Below, in pieces: positions 49,365 to 60,674 of a DNA stretch of 64,000 nt. The notes under the pieces were generated by a model. It saw only the letters and a program-made list of their open reading frames with translations, searched no databases and had not been told where the DNA came from. The stretch is from Lepidodermella squamata (lineage: Eukaryota > Animalia > Gastrotricha): assembly GCA_047495785.1 (NCBI GenBank), contig JBLDXI010000038.1, positions 124,001 through 188,000 of the forward strand, given 5' to 3'. The position numbers were made by a program, and so were the translations under genes. How positions within the stretch are numbered: position 1 is the first letter of the stretch; each line of letters opens with the position of its first letter.

Positions 49365-52300
49365 CTTTTGCAAATTGGGCGGTGATATTCTTCTTCTCGA
49401 AGGCAGTGTCGCGAGACAAATGAAAGCAGTTTAACAGCAGTTATGGAGCTAGACTTATTTAGTAACGCATTCGTAAGTAAAATCTTGGATTCTAAAATTC
49501 TGAATCACGTTGGATTCTATGATTATTCACCAAGGAAGACTGTTTAATAACAACAAAATTGGACACCGTTCAGATGCCTTACACAAGGCTTTAGTCTGAT
49601 GCATCTGCCGTTGGAAGCACTACAGTAAAATGTGATAACTTCGGTCATTGATCTATGAACATGGAAGACGGCAGTGGAAACTCATTGATTTGAGGACCAT
49701 TTAGATGGTAAGAAGGATAATCTGGTTTGGACTATTTAGGTTTCTCACTAACTTGGCCGTTTGTCATCAAATAAATTCGTCGGCACATCATTTACGTGCG
49801 TCGCATGGATGTGCATCATTCTACAGATCCGGGTTTGTATCTTTTGTATTTTTGTGGGCTCACCATCGATACCTAGCTCACTCATCAGTCATGAACCCTT
49901 GTCATCTTCGATTTTTTATGGAACAAAGTGGCCCTAATATCGTACTACATGCAGATACCCTATCCTCCATCCCGTATTGTGCGTATGAAAATGTATGCAA
50001 GTTGCTTAACCTACACATAATGAGAGGAATGAGGGAGCCGAAGCAGGAACGACCGAACCGAGAACTAAGGGACCCAGCAAGGAAAAAAAGAAAAAATGGG
50101 CAGGTCCCCGGACTCCTCCGGGGACTGCTGTTAGTCGGAAGACGAGAGTTTGTCCAGGACGCATGCGGCAGACTTCCGTCGATTTCCTTGTTAATCTCTT
50201 GCAAATCTTTTTAACTTTTTTGAATACTTATTCTAATCAATTTTATTTCTATGAATATTCAAATTTATGCAAATTAGGTCTCGCCTAATTTAGAGGAGAG
50301 ACGTCTTAGTGCTCGTGCTGGGTTTACCCTCATCGACAGATTTTGTGTAGAGTGAGAGGCGAAAACTTCGACGAGAGCAGCATATTGTTACACGGTTGTC
50401 GCGCAGTCCTGTTTGAAAACTAAGGAAGCCTTGCGGAGTGGAGTATTAACTGCGCCACACGAGAATAACTTATTGAGGGAGGGTTCTGTTTCAAAAGGAG
50501 GTAGAACAACAAAGCCGCGTGAGATCTACCCCACTCCGCTCGCCCTGCTCGCTCCGTCTCGCAGTCACAATGTGAGAAGAGAAGCAGCGGAGTATTAACT
50601 GCGCCACTGGCGAGACGGTAGGCTCATAACATCACTCCATCGGTATCAGTGAGCGGTGCATAATCACACTGACAACTGATATGCAAAGAACGGTTGAGAC
50701 AATTTCCGTTTCAAAATGAGCTAGACGAACGAAGCCGCGACATTGTGGGATGTCTTTCAATGATTTAGTCAGCTGAGTATTTCACTGAAAATCACTGAAG
50801 CCTGCGTCATTGCAGTTAACAAATGCGATTGCATATAGCTAAATTGACTCTGATTGCGCTTCTGATTCACATACGATACTTTTCCAATGCCCCCCCTCGC
50901 CTTCAATTCAACATTAGTAGGCACCAACATACGATGATCAGAGCAGAACGCCGCGTCACTGATGTGTGTTTTATCACTGTAACACTTATTCACACCGTTC
51001 GATAGTAGTCGATCAAATGTCCTGTGTCGAAGACTTCTGATTTTCACTGATCATCGTTTCATTCGGTCAACTGAGAGTAAATATACTGCTGTCACACGAC
51101 GCCTGCAATGCCATTAAAATGTGATTGTAGACTACAATTCCCGCTTCTCTTGTGCGTATGATTCGCAGATGACACACTCTCAACATCCACACTTTTTCTA
51201 GGTCAAAAGCACGGTTGCCGTTGTTGAGAACAATGTTCAACATTGGTTACATTGTTTATTTTTGTTCAACATCCGAACTCCGAACACATGAATTATAGGT
51301 TTCAGATCATCTGATTTATAGATAGCTAAAGATTGCTGCTCCTTGAGGAATCTCCGGAGTCATTCTAGACTTATTTACAGAATTATGTACTCTTTTCTCA
51401 ATGATAATCACGCTGTGTTATCTTTGAGTTAAAATTAATAACTGATCAGTGATCAGTGATCAATGACATGTGAGTTTCGTATCTAATAAAGAGCAAGTAA
51501 TATCGGAAGAAAGCTTCTCGACGACATAGCTAACCTCTATTCAATACCTTATCATCAGTAATAGTTTAGTTTTGTATTCGAAAAACTATTATCAGAAGAA
51601 CGCTTTTATATGAGAGAGCTAATTCCTCTAAGGGTACGCATTCCGAGATCTAACCTTTACGCATCTAGAGAGATCAGAAGCATAATGCTGAGAGATGAAG
51701 CTACCCTGAGAGGTCTTCGCAAATGGAATAATATTGACATCAGCCATCAGCCACAATCCAATTAGTTTGTGTTAATTTTATTCCACTTGAATAATCTTGA
51801 ACTTCTAGATCTTCTCAGAAATTTACCGGCTGAATTCCTTGGAGATTAATATATCGAGCGCAATTGTGCTTCCAATTTGGATTTTGAGTTTGCATATTTT
51901 TCGTTAGAAGAGTGATATAACCGAGAGAAATTCGGAGTTCAGAATCGTCAATAAGCCCAGAAGTGTAGATGCTTATCATTCATCATTATCCGCGTTGAAA
52001 GATCCTTACCTGAGCATTTGAGCTCAACCACAGAAAGGCACCATAAAAAGCACAGAGAGACATAAGTTTTGTTCTCTATGCTCTCAAGTTGCTCGTTTGC
52101 TAAATGAGTGTTGGCTTTGACTCACTGGTATAACTTCTTTAAAACGAAGGACAAATGCACTCGCTAACTCACAGTTGGAGTTAAAGTTTTGATTCGATTA
52201 TTACAGATGGCCACTGCGGTTACGTAAATGTCAGCGCTCGTGCGAGTTCGAAGTTATCAATTCAATTCAGCATGACATCAACGTGGTCTGTACTAAAACT

Positions 52301-53473
52301 AAGATATTTTAGCTTGACGGCGCAGATAAATCATACCTCTAGAGACTAATTGACATACGCAACTGAGCACAATAAAACTGAATGAAGAATTCCGATGAGA
52401 GCTTGTAAAACTGAGTTGTGGGAACAGCTGATCGAACGCGCCGATACTCGCTGGTGTCATGCAGTGAACACATTGAAAACGCATCGTCACGCTGACTGCA
52501 TGCTTTGATCGTCTAGCTAGGGCTGGGTGACTTACTCAATGCCACGAACATCTGATCGCTGCTCTACTCGAACTCTTGACTCTTTTAAATGGGAGATCTG
52601 ATATTTCAAGCTGGCCGCTGGCTTTTCTAGCCGCTGGCTCTTACTAGACCTTACCTATATAAAACATGAAACTCCTTTTTTCCGCAAGACAACGCAAGAC
52701 AATGGGACCTGCCCATTACGCCACGCTGCAAGCGCAGCGCAGCGGCGTAAGAAAATTAACACATAAATAAATGCGGCAAAGACCATGTGTCAATTTACAA
52801 GAAACATTGTAATAATATTGCTTAGTAGTCTTTAGCAATCAATAATAATTTTTTTATTTATTATATATTTTTCACGGTCGATTGAAAAAATCGCGGGCCG
52901 CCGCAAACTCAGAGCAGGCGTATCTGGTTGCCAAATCCTCGTTCGCTCGGGGCTACTGGGGATCGACTCGCAATATTCTTACTTGCGTAAAGCAAATGTG
53001 CCCTATAAAAAAGAACTCGGTGTTGCAATGGTGTAACATGGACTCTAGAGGTGGAAAACTGTAGAGAGCCGGATGACGGAAGACGGATGATCATCATTTT
53101 TGTGAGACCTTGGAACTTATCTGTAGCTTCAGGTAAGAGCCCCCAACTCACAACTCAATATTTCAGCTTGAGATGTACATTTTCTCTGCATATTCTATCC
53201 TCGCCACTCTTCTCTTTAGTATTCAAAATGGCAAATAGTGTAGACTTTCTCAGGCAACTGTTAAAACAGGGACAATTATTGGGGACAGTTGAAGAACGTA
53301 ACGTAACGGTTGGCTTTATCAAAAACTGATGAATCGTATAATAATTTACTCATTTTTCTTGTTTAAACTATGATGCCCGTAAGTGATCGATTGATCAGTG
53401 CAGACTGCAGCCATAGCTGAATTCACTTATCTTTTATGCTTAGATTATTATTGAAAATTGATCTTGGAACGTG

Positions 53474-56400
53474 ATGAAGTTCGGAGAAGCTTTGAATGCG
53501 CAACTAACATCTGAATGGCGCTCTCAGTACTTTCGATACGACGTAAGTTTTGGCAGTAAAAATGAGCATGCCTGACAATTGCTACTTTTCATCTCTTAGG
53601 AAGGCAAGCAGATGTTGCAAAACTTCAAGGAAAGCATGCCACTACCAGATGGTTTGCATTTATTTGTAAACTTGAATAGCATATATTCTAATTTATATTC
53701 CTGCAGATGCAAATCCCCAGGATCTTGAAGGACTCGTGTCGGACTTTGAGGCGAAATTCTTCGAGTTCGCGGAGAAAGAACTTCGTAAAATCAACATCTT
53801 CTTCCTAGGTTAATTATTGTTGCTATCGGCGATCTGTTTCATAGTTTCATTTATTCACAGAAAAACTTAATGAGGCCAAGCGAAAGCTATCTAAACTCAG
53901 CTCTGATCTCGAGGATTATTTGAGATTTCAGCAGCAAAAGCAGTCGAAGAAGCGAGGTGAACCTGTTCCTGGGACTTTCAATGACACCAAGGCGCTAAAA
54001 TCGTTGAGCATTCATGATTTCCGTCTTGCCTACAGCGAGTACTATTTGAGCTTAACGCTGCTTCAAAATTTCCAACAGCTCAATTTAACTGCCTTCCGTA
54101 AAATTTTGAAGAAACACGACAAAATGCTGTCGACAACTCGGGGTGCCAAATGGCGTCAGGACGTTGTTCTAGTGTCCGAGTTTGCGACATCGAAAGCAGT
54201 TGACGAACTAGTCGCTGAGGTGGAACGTGATGTCACTCAAAAAATCGAGAGCGGAGATCACAAAAAGGCGATGAAGCGTCTCCGCGTTCCGCCTCTAGGC
54301 CAGCCACATCATTCGCCATGGACTGTGTTCCGTATCGGAATGTGGTGTGGTCTGCTAGTTCTGTTTTTATTGATCATCGTTGCCATAATTCCGTGGTCGG
54401 ATTGCAAGCCAGAATCCCGTGGATGCTGGTTGCAAAATGATACTAGGAATGAATCAGAGTACATTTTTACGGATGCACTTGCTGCCAGTCCAGCTCAATT
54501 CTGGGAAATCACAATTCGCCTTTACCGTGGAATTTTCCTGTTTGCACTTATGATTTTCTTACTCGGCGTTAACATTCACGGCTGGCGGGCGAGTGGAGTC
54601 AACCACGTGCTAATTTTCGAGCTGGATCCTCGTGACCACCTATCGTCGCTTCACCTCATCGAAGCCGGTATCGCTTTGCTTGTCTTCTGCTGTGCCTCAC
54701 TCACCCTCTGGCTGCTGCAATTTTTCGTCTCTTATACCTTCGCAATCGATGTGAATGCTATACGATATTTCTCTTTCGCGTTCATGCTTCTGCTAGTCGT
54801 TTTTCTCATCAATCCGATTCCAGTGTTCATGTACAAAAGCCGAGTTTGGCTGCTCAAAGTCTTGGTAAATTCATTTGTTAAAACTGTGGTATGCTTGTTT
54901 ACAGTGAGATTTTTTTACAGTTCCGAATCTTCACCGCACCGTTTCATGCTGTTAGATTTCCGGATTTCTGGCTCGCCGACCAGTTCACATCTTTAGTGCC
55001 TGTATTTCAAGATTTTCTTTTCATTGTGTGCTCATGCGCAGTGACATTTGATCCCACGCGAGTTGAGAGCGTTTGCGATTGGGAACTGTTCGCTTGGAAA
55101 AGCATGATAGGTTGCGTTCCGGCGTGGTTTCGTTTTGCGCAATGTCTCCGACGTTATTACGACTCGGGTAAAAAACACCCGCATCTGACCAATGCCGGAA
55201 AGTATTCGACAACTTTTTTCGTCATTCTTTTCCGAAGTCTGCATAACGCATGGGAAGACGGTCGATTGGGCCCGAACGCTCCAGCAATATTGGCCTTCGA
55301 GACGAATGGTGTTGAGAATGCTACCACCGAGTACAATTTGTCGACTACTTCTCAGCCCTACGCTACTGCCACAACCCCATTGCACCATCTTCACGCAAAC
55401 TATAGCGTTGCAAATCCGTTTTTATACTGCTGGATTATTGCCGGTACCATTTCTACGATCTACACTTACGTTTGGGACGTGAAAATGGATTGGGGCCTTT
55501 TTGACACAAACGCAGGTCTGATAACCGGACATTTTTGAAAATTGGTGTAAAAATAATATTTTTATATTATAGGAGAAAACAGATTTTTGCGTGAGCATAT
55601 TGTATTCCGTTACAAATGGTACTACTATCTCGCCATTGTTCTCGACCTGATTCTGCGTCTTTCTTGGACGTTGACTGTTGCTGATATTCAAATCAGTGAC
55701 CAGGCATACATCACTGATATATTTATCACGTCGCTGACCTTTGTTGAAATGTTCCGTCGATTTGTTTGGAACTTTTTCCGACTAGAGAACGAGCACGTCA
55801 ACAACGCCGGCGAGTTCAGAGCTGTCCGTGACATCTCGATCAAACCAATTTTGAATGAAGACATCAAGGCTGTTGAGCGAATGATGGCCGAGGAAGACGG
55901 TGCTAATTCCGTCCGGCATGAACGTCGAGCTTCATGCCCGACGATGGAATCAGGCACGAAAAATAACAAATTGTAAGTTTTATTTTTTGATATTCTGTGA
56001 CTAGTTTTATGGAATTATGGGGAAATTCTAATATGAAATTTAACATATTATATCTGATAGTCCGGCTGAAAAAAGAAAGTAAGCTTCGACATAGAAATTA
56101 CTCAGAATTAGAAATGTTATCCTCGATTCCTTAATATCGATGAATCCAACTAATATCCTCCACTTCGTCTAACAAAATCTCAATTTTTCTGTTTTTAATT
56201 CAATTTGTTGTTTACAGTGATATCGGAGCAGGCTTCCACAATGCGTTTACCATGACCAGTGCTGCTGCAGCTCCTTTCTTTCGGAAATTTACCAATTTGT
56301 ACCGAGCCCGTGACCGAACTCCTGCTGCTGAGAGTTCTCGCGACCGGCTCGATGCGCCGCAGTCATGCATGCGTGAAGACGAGTCGAGCAGTCAAACGTC

Positions 56401-56617
56401 GACAATCAACCGACGAGCCCTTGTTGCGGAGGATGTGGAAAGCGTGCAGGTAATCACGCCTCTGCAAGTCCCTCGCGCTTTCCACCGCCCAGTCAGCATG
56501 CTGGCGTCTCGTCCGCGTTACGATCGACAAGAAAGTGCACAGGTACACGAGTCGTTTCGGCGCCCTGTTGCCGAGCAAATCCGAACGATTGTCGACCGCG
56601 ATTCAGACGAGGACTAG
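53474..56617 (+). CDS. XPR1: SPX-EXS phosphate exporter XPR1/SYG1
   Basis: MKFGEAL...[24 protein letters not shown] (SPX), [71 protein letters not shown]. Multiple short introns. Confidence 0.96.
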
Positions 56618-56887
56618 CTCTTCTTCTGTTTTTATTTACAAATTTGTCGATTTTTACTCAAGTTTTTTCAAAATTATTATTTTTCGGCATGCCTCTTTTT
56701 ACCACCATGCCGCTCATGCACTAGCCACTTCTGAAGTAGCTCAGTCATCGTGTATTGCTGTTACTCTTTAACTTGTATCAAACCAGTTATATTTACTCGT
56801 TGTTTTCTTACGGCTGAGCTCAAGCAAAGAATAGTGAACAAATTATAAATGAATTGCCTTGTATTTTTTAGGTTTTTTATTTAAAAT

Positions 56888-58263
56888 ATGACGGGATTCC
56901 GAGTTCGATTGTACCTATCCCGAAGTGTTACGCGATTAGCCTCCGATGCTCTGCAGCAAGATGGCTTTTGGTACTATGTTGATCGGAGCAAAATCTCGAC
57001 GATTTCTCAGCTATTCGCCGATGTTTGCAAACATCTGAATCTGAGTTCGAATCTGCAGAAATCGATGCAATGTTACCTCGACGGGCTTTACGTTTTACCA
57101 TCATCGCCTGTGGATGTTCTCGAAAAGGATGACTCGATAAAAATTAAGGTGGCAAAAAACGTTATCAGCAATAACCTCCAAATAAAACATGTGGTGAATG
57201 GATTGACCGCAGCTCAGAATGGCCCTCTAAACGGCGGCGTGATAGCCGCCCCTGTTAAAAACGTCGAAGCTGAGAAAGACTCATCTTCCTCTTCAGAGGA
57301 ATCGGAGGAAAACGACGATGATTATGATAATGATGAGCCTGATAATGGCTTGTCACTAGGAGTTGGACCCAGTTCGAAGAAGAAACGCAGGCGGCGGAAA
57401 AAGAAACCGGCTATGCGTGAAGTTAGAACAACCCTCGGTCAGTGTCTGGCTCAGCTTCGAAATTCCGAAAACACCGCTCCAGAGAAGCCACCAAAGCAAA
57501 AGAGCCCATCAGTGCCACCGCCGTTTAAGCCTACCTTGAAACAGTCGCAACAGCAGCAATACCAGCCTGCTTCGATACCTGCGAAGAGACGTCATATCAG
57601 ATTCGATGAAGACGAGGATCAAGAGGAAGAAGAAATGGAGGTTCAGCAGCCATCATTTCCAGTTTTGTCGAAACAATTCTGCCAGAACGAAAAGCAGCGC
57701 AATGTTTCCACCGTTTTTCAATTATCGAAACAAAATGGCAGTAAAAAGCAGGCAGAGTCTGACGATGACTCGAGCAGTGAGGAAGAGGAGAATCGGCAGC
57801 TGATGGATGCTGATGAGGATGGATTAGCGAGTCCGCCGAATTTCGGCGATCCATGGCGCGAGCTCAACGAAAAATTATCTGCTGCGAGCAAGTCGGCGAA
57901 AAGTAAATCTGGTCAGGCTAAGCAGAGCAATGAAAACGTTGATTCTTTGCCGGCTGCAACCTTTCCTCCGAAAATTGGGGCGAGAATTTCCTTTAAGATG
58001 CTTGAGTTATCAGAAAAATTCAGCCCGGAAATAAGTGCGAGAAAAACGGGTCTGGTCAAATCATTCGATCAAGAAACCGGCGTTGTCACTCTTGAAATGG
58101 TCGAAGGCACTATTTGCGTTCAGGACGAAGATGGTAACAACGTTCCACAACCAGTAAGTCTATGAGTTATGATTAGTTATGATAGAGAATTTCTCTTTTT
58201 TTTGCATAGAACCCCAGTATCAGCTGGTCATCGCTAGTCGATCCGCGTGAAGTTGCCAAATAA
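56888..58263 (+). CDS. COIL: Coilin
   Basis: N-terminal RVRL...W......ISTISQL...YLDG.YV.P...LEKDDSIKIK domain; KKKRRRRKK NLS; KRRHIRF; C-terminal Tudor-like PKIGARISFKMLEL...SPEIS...WSSLVDPR, completed by last exon 58210-58263. Confidence 0.82.
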
Positions 58264-58400
58264 CGGATTATTTTGCTCATTCTAGAACGATCTTTTATTT
58301 TCAATTTTTTCCGATGTTGAAATGTAGCGAGTTTCATCAATTCTAATCTCAAATATTTATGTTCATAGTTTTGTTGGGTTTTAATTTTGTTGATACCAAA

Positions 58401-59594
58401 ATGACGGTGGAAGACGCAGCGGTGCCCCAGACCACGTTCAAATCGCCTTTTGTCGAAAAGAGCGTACCTGTCGATATTGATATTGGTTGCATGCTAGCCA
58501 TGGACACAGCCGATGTCATAGAGGTGAAACAAGGCCAAGATCGCGAAGAATTGATCCGCAATCTGTCCCGAGACAACGCGCAATTACTCATTAATAAACT
58601 GTGGAATCTTCCTACAGAGCGAGTCGACTCAATTGTTGTTGCTACGGTAAGTACGAATGAGGCTAATTTAAGGCGGATTTTTAATGTTCATTTCTCACAG
58701 CTGCCACCACGCACCACAGTTTTACCCCGTGAGAAACCTGTTCCGAAACCGAAAGCGCCTTCAAAATGGGAGGAATATAAGAAAAGCCGTGGTCTTCAGA
58801 CTCGTAAACGAGATAAAATGGTGTGGGATGCTGCTGCTAAAGAATTCCGTCCTCGTTGGGGTTACAAGCGAGCTAACGACGACACAGAAGCTAATTGGGC
58901 CGTCGAACTGCCCGCTAATGCTGACCTCAGTGAGGATCCATTTGAGAAACGGCAAAACGCAAAGCGTGAACGTGTCGCCAAAAACGAACTGCAGCGACTT
59001 CGTAATGTTGCTCGATCGGAGAAGCTCACCATTCCATACCAGCCTGCTCAGATGCAAACGCCTGACCATTTGACGAAAGCGTTTCACGAAGTCACCAAAT
59101 CAACGGCGTCTCTTGGAAAATTCATGGAGAAGGTTCGCGATGAACCGCGAGACAAGCACTCTGGTAAGAAGCAAAAATTCGAATCGAACCTAGTAGATTC
59201 CAAGGTTGAACGAGAGCGACAAATGCGAATTCTGGCTGAAATCTCGTCGAAAAATCCGATTTTGAATGCTGACAAAGCAGCCCGTCGTCAAATTAGCCAA
59301 GAAAATAAAGAGAAGCAACGCTCCAAGGGCGAAAAACCCGGCAAGAAGGGCAAAAAGGGAGGTCGCACATGGTTACCTGCTGATAAATATGCGAAGGTCC
59401 AGAAGAAAGAGCAAGTGCGCGAGGCAAAGCGAGAGGCGAAAGGCCGGCCTACCAAGGCGTCGAAGTTTGAGTCGAAAATCGGGCCTGGCAAGAAGCTGCC
59501 CGGCGGTAAAGGTCTTGCAAAGGGAAAATCTGGTAAAAATGCTGCTGGAAAGGTCGCGAACAAGACGCGGGCCATGCTCAAACGCTCAAAATAA
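58401..59594 (+). CDS. RRS1: Ribosome biogenesis regulatory protein RRS1
   Basis: SRDNAQLLINKLWNLP, LPREKPVPKPK...KWE, RPRWGYKR, ERVAKNELQRLRN, STASLGKF. 54-nt intron 58647-58700. Confidence 0.95.
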   Translation: MTVEDAAVPQTTFKSPFVEKSVPVDIDIGCMLAMDTADVIEVKQGQDREELIRNLSRDNAQLLINKLWNLPTERVDSIVVATVSTNEANLRRIFNVHFSQLPPRTTVLPREKPVPKPKAPSKWEEYKKSRGLQTRKRDKMVWDAAAKEFRPRWGYKRANDDTEANWAVELPANADLSEDPFEKRQNAKRERVAKNELQRLRNVARSEKLTIPYQPAQMQTPDHLTKAFHEVTKSTASLGKFMEKVRDEPRDKHSGKKQKFESNLVDSKVERERQMRILAEISSKNPILNADKAARRQISQENKEKQRSKGEKPGKKGKKGGRTWLPADKYAKVQKKEQVREAKREAKGRPTKASKFESKIGPGKKLPGGKGLAKGKSGKNAAGKVANKTRAMLKRSK

Positions 59595-59712
59595 TAGTGA
59601 AATATCACAAGCTGTTATGATTGATAGCTATAATATCAATAAATGGGTGCAAGTTTTTTTGAAAACTCTATTTTTTATTTGTTTTCTCTAGAATAATAAT
59701 TTCATAACAAAT

Positions 59713-60543
59713 ATGTCACTGCGCAGTATTACGAATATATGCCGGTGTCATTTGAGGACAATTTCAGTATTGGCTACCCGGCGGAATCAGCCTGCGATGT
59801 TGAGCACGATCGCTAGTCAGCCTAAAATGTATGTAAATCAGTTTTCTACCACGACTAGCGTCAATTTGGCTAAGAAAAGCGGTGCAAACCGTGGTTCCAA
59901 GCACAAAACTCATGAATTGAGTGAAAATGAGTTGAATGCGTTCTTTTCCGTCGAAGAAATGACCCAGGAAATAAATAAGACAATCGATCATTTGGGTCAA
60001 ACATACGCAACGCAACTAGCTTTACGATCGAATGTTTCGTCATTCGAACACCTACCCGTTGTCGGCGCTTCGGGGCGATATATATTGTCGAATATAGCGC
60101 AAATCACGCAGAAACCAAATATGGTAATAATCGATTGTTCGACAAAACCGGAAATAGTCGGAGATGTCAAAACCGCCATTGAAAAGTCTGGCATGAATGT
60201 CAACCCTCAGCAAGACGGAACTTCGATATTCGTACCCCTGCCAAAGGTAACGAAAGAACACCGCGAGGCGATGGTGAAAGCCGCGAAAACGCACGCGGAC
60301 AAGGTCAAAGAAAAGTTGCGACAGGTTGGTAGCAAATATGCCCGAACTTTCAAGAAAAATGCCGCTGGTCGCGGTGAAGATTTTGTTAAAAGCGGTGAAG
60401 AAACGGTAAATTTCATATTCTTCTGTTCAATATTTGGTTACCTAATTATTTTTCAGGTCCAAAAAATAGTAAAGCGCTTTGAGCAGCAAGTCGATACCCT
60501 GATGACCTCGAAGCAAAAAGAATTATCCGGTGCCGAAAAATGA
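59713..60543 (+). CDS. MRRF: Mitochondrial ribosome recycling factor
   Basis: Basic transit-peptide-like N-terminus; IEKSGMNVNPQQDGTSIFVPLPKVTKEHRE; SKQKEL C-terminus. 51-nt intron 60406-60456. Confidence 0.9.
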   Translation: MSLRSITNICRCHLRTISVLATRRNQPAMLSTIASQPKMYVNQFSTTTSVNLAKKSGANRGSKHKTHELSENELNAFFSVEEMTQEINKTIDHLGQTYATQLALRSNVSSFEHLPVVGASGRYILSNIAQITQKPNMVIIDCSTKPEIVGDVKTAIEKSGMNVNPQQDGTSIFVPLPKVTKEHREAMVKAAKTHADKVKEKLRQVGSKYARTFKKNAAGRGEDFVKSGEETVNFIFFCSIFGYLIIFQVQKIVKRFEQQVDTLMTSKQKELSGAEK

Positions 60544-60674
60544 ATTGAATACGAAATTTTATGATGTTATAAACCAAGTTATAAAAATGTTTGATTTTCA
60601 AATAGAAAGCTGTATTGTTATGACAGTAATTTAGCGGCGCGTTGTGATTCGTGTGGGGCGGAGTCGTCGGTAAA

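Noticed and set aside
50095-52717. 14-bp inverted match AATGGGCAGGTCCC (50095-50108) / GGGACCTGCCCATT (52704-52717) as TIRs of a 2.6 kb transposon
   Set aside because: No target-site duplication, the match does not extend, and no internal transposase was recognised. A 14-bp match can arise by chance in 64 kb.
48300-53400. Short ORFs in the intergenic gap (e.g. 49705-50214, 50769-51047)
   Set aside because: No recognisable domains, many non-ATG starts, and no consistent exon chain. Treated as spurious, as are the many antisense shadow ORFs over real genes.
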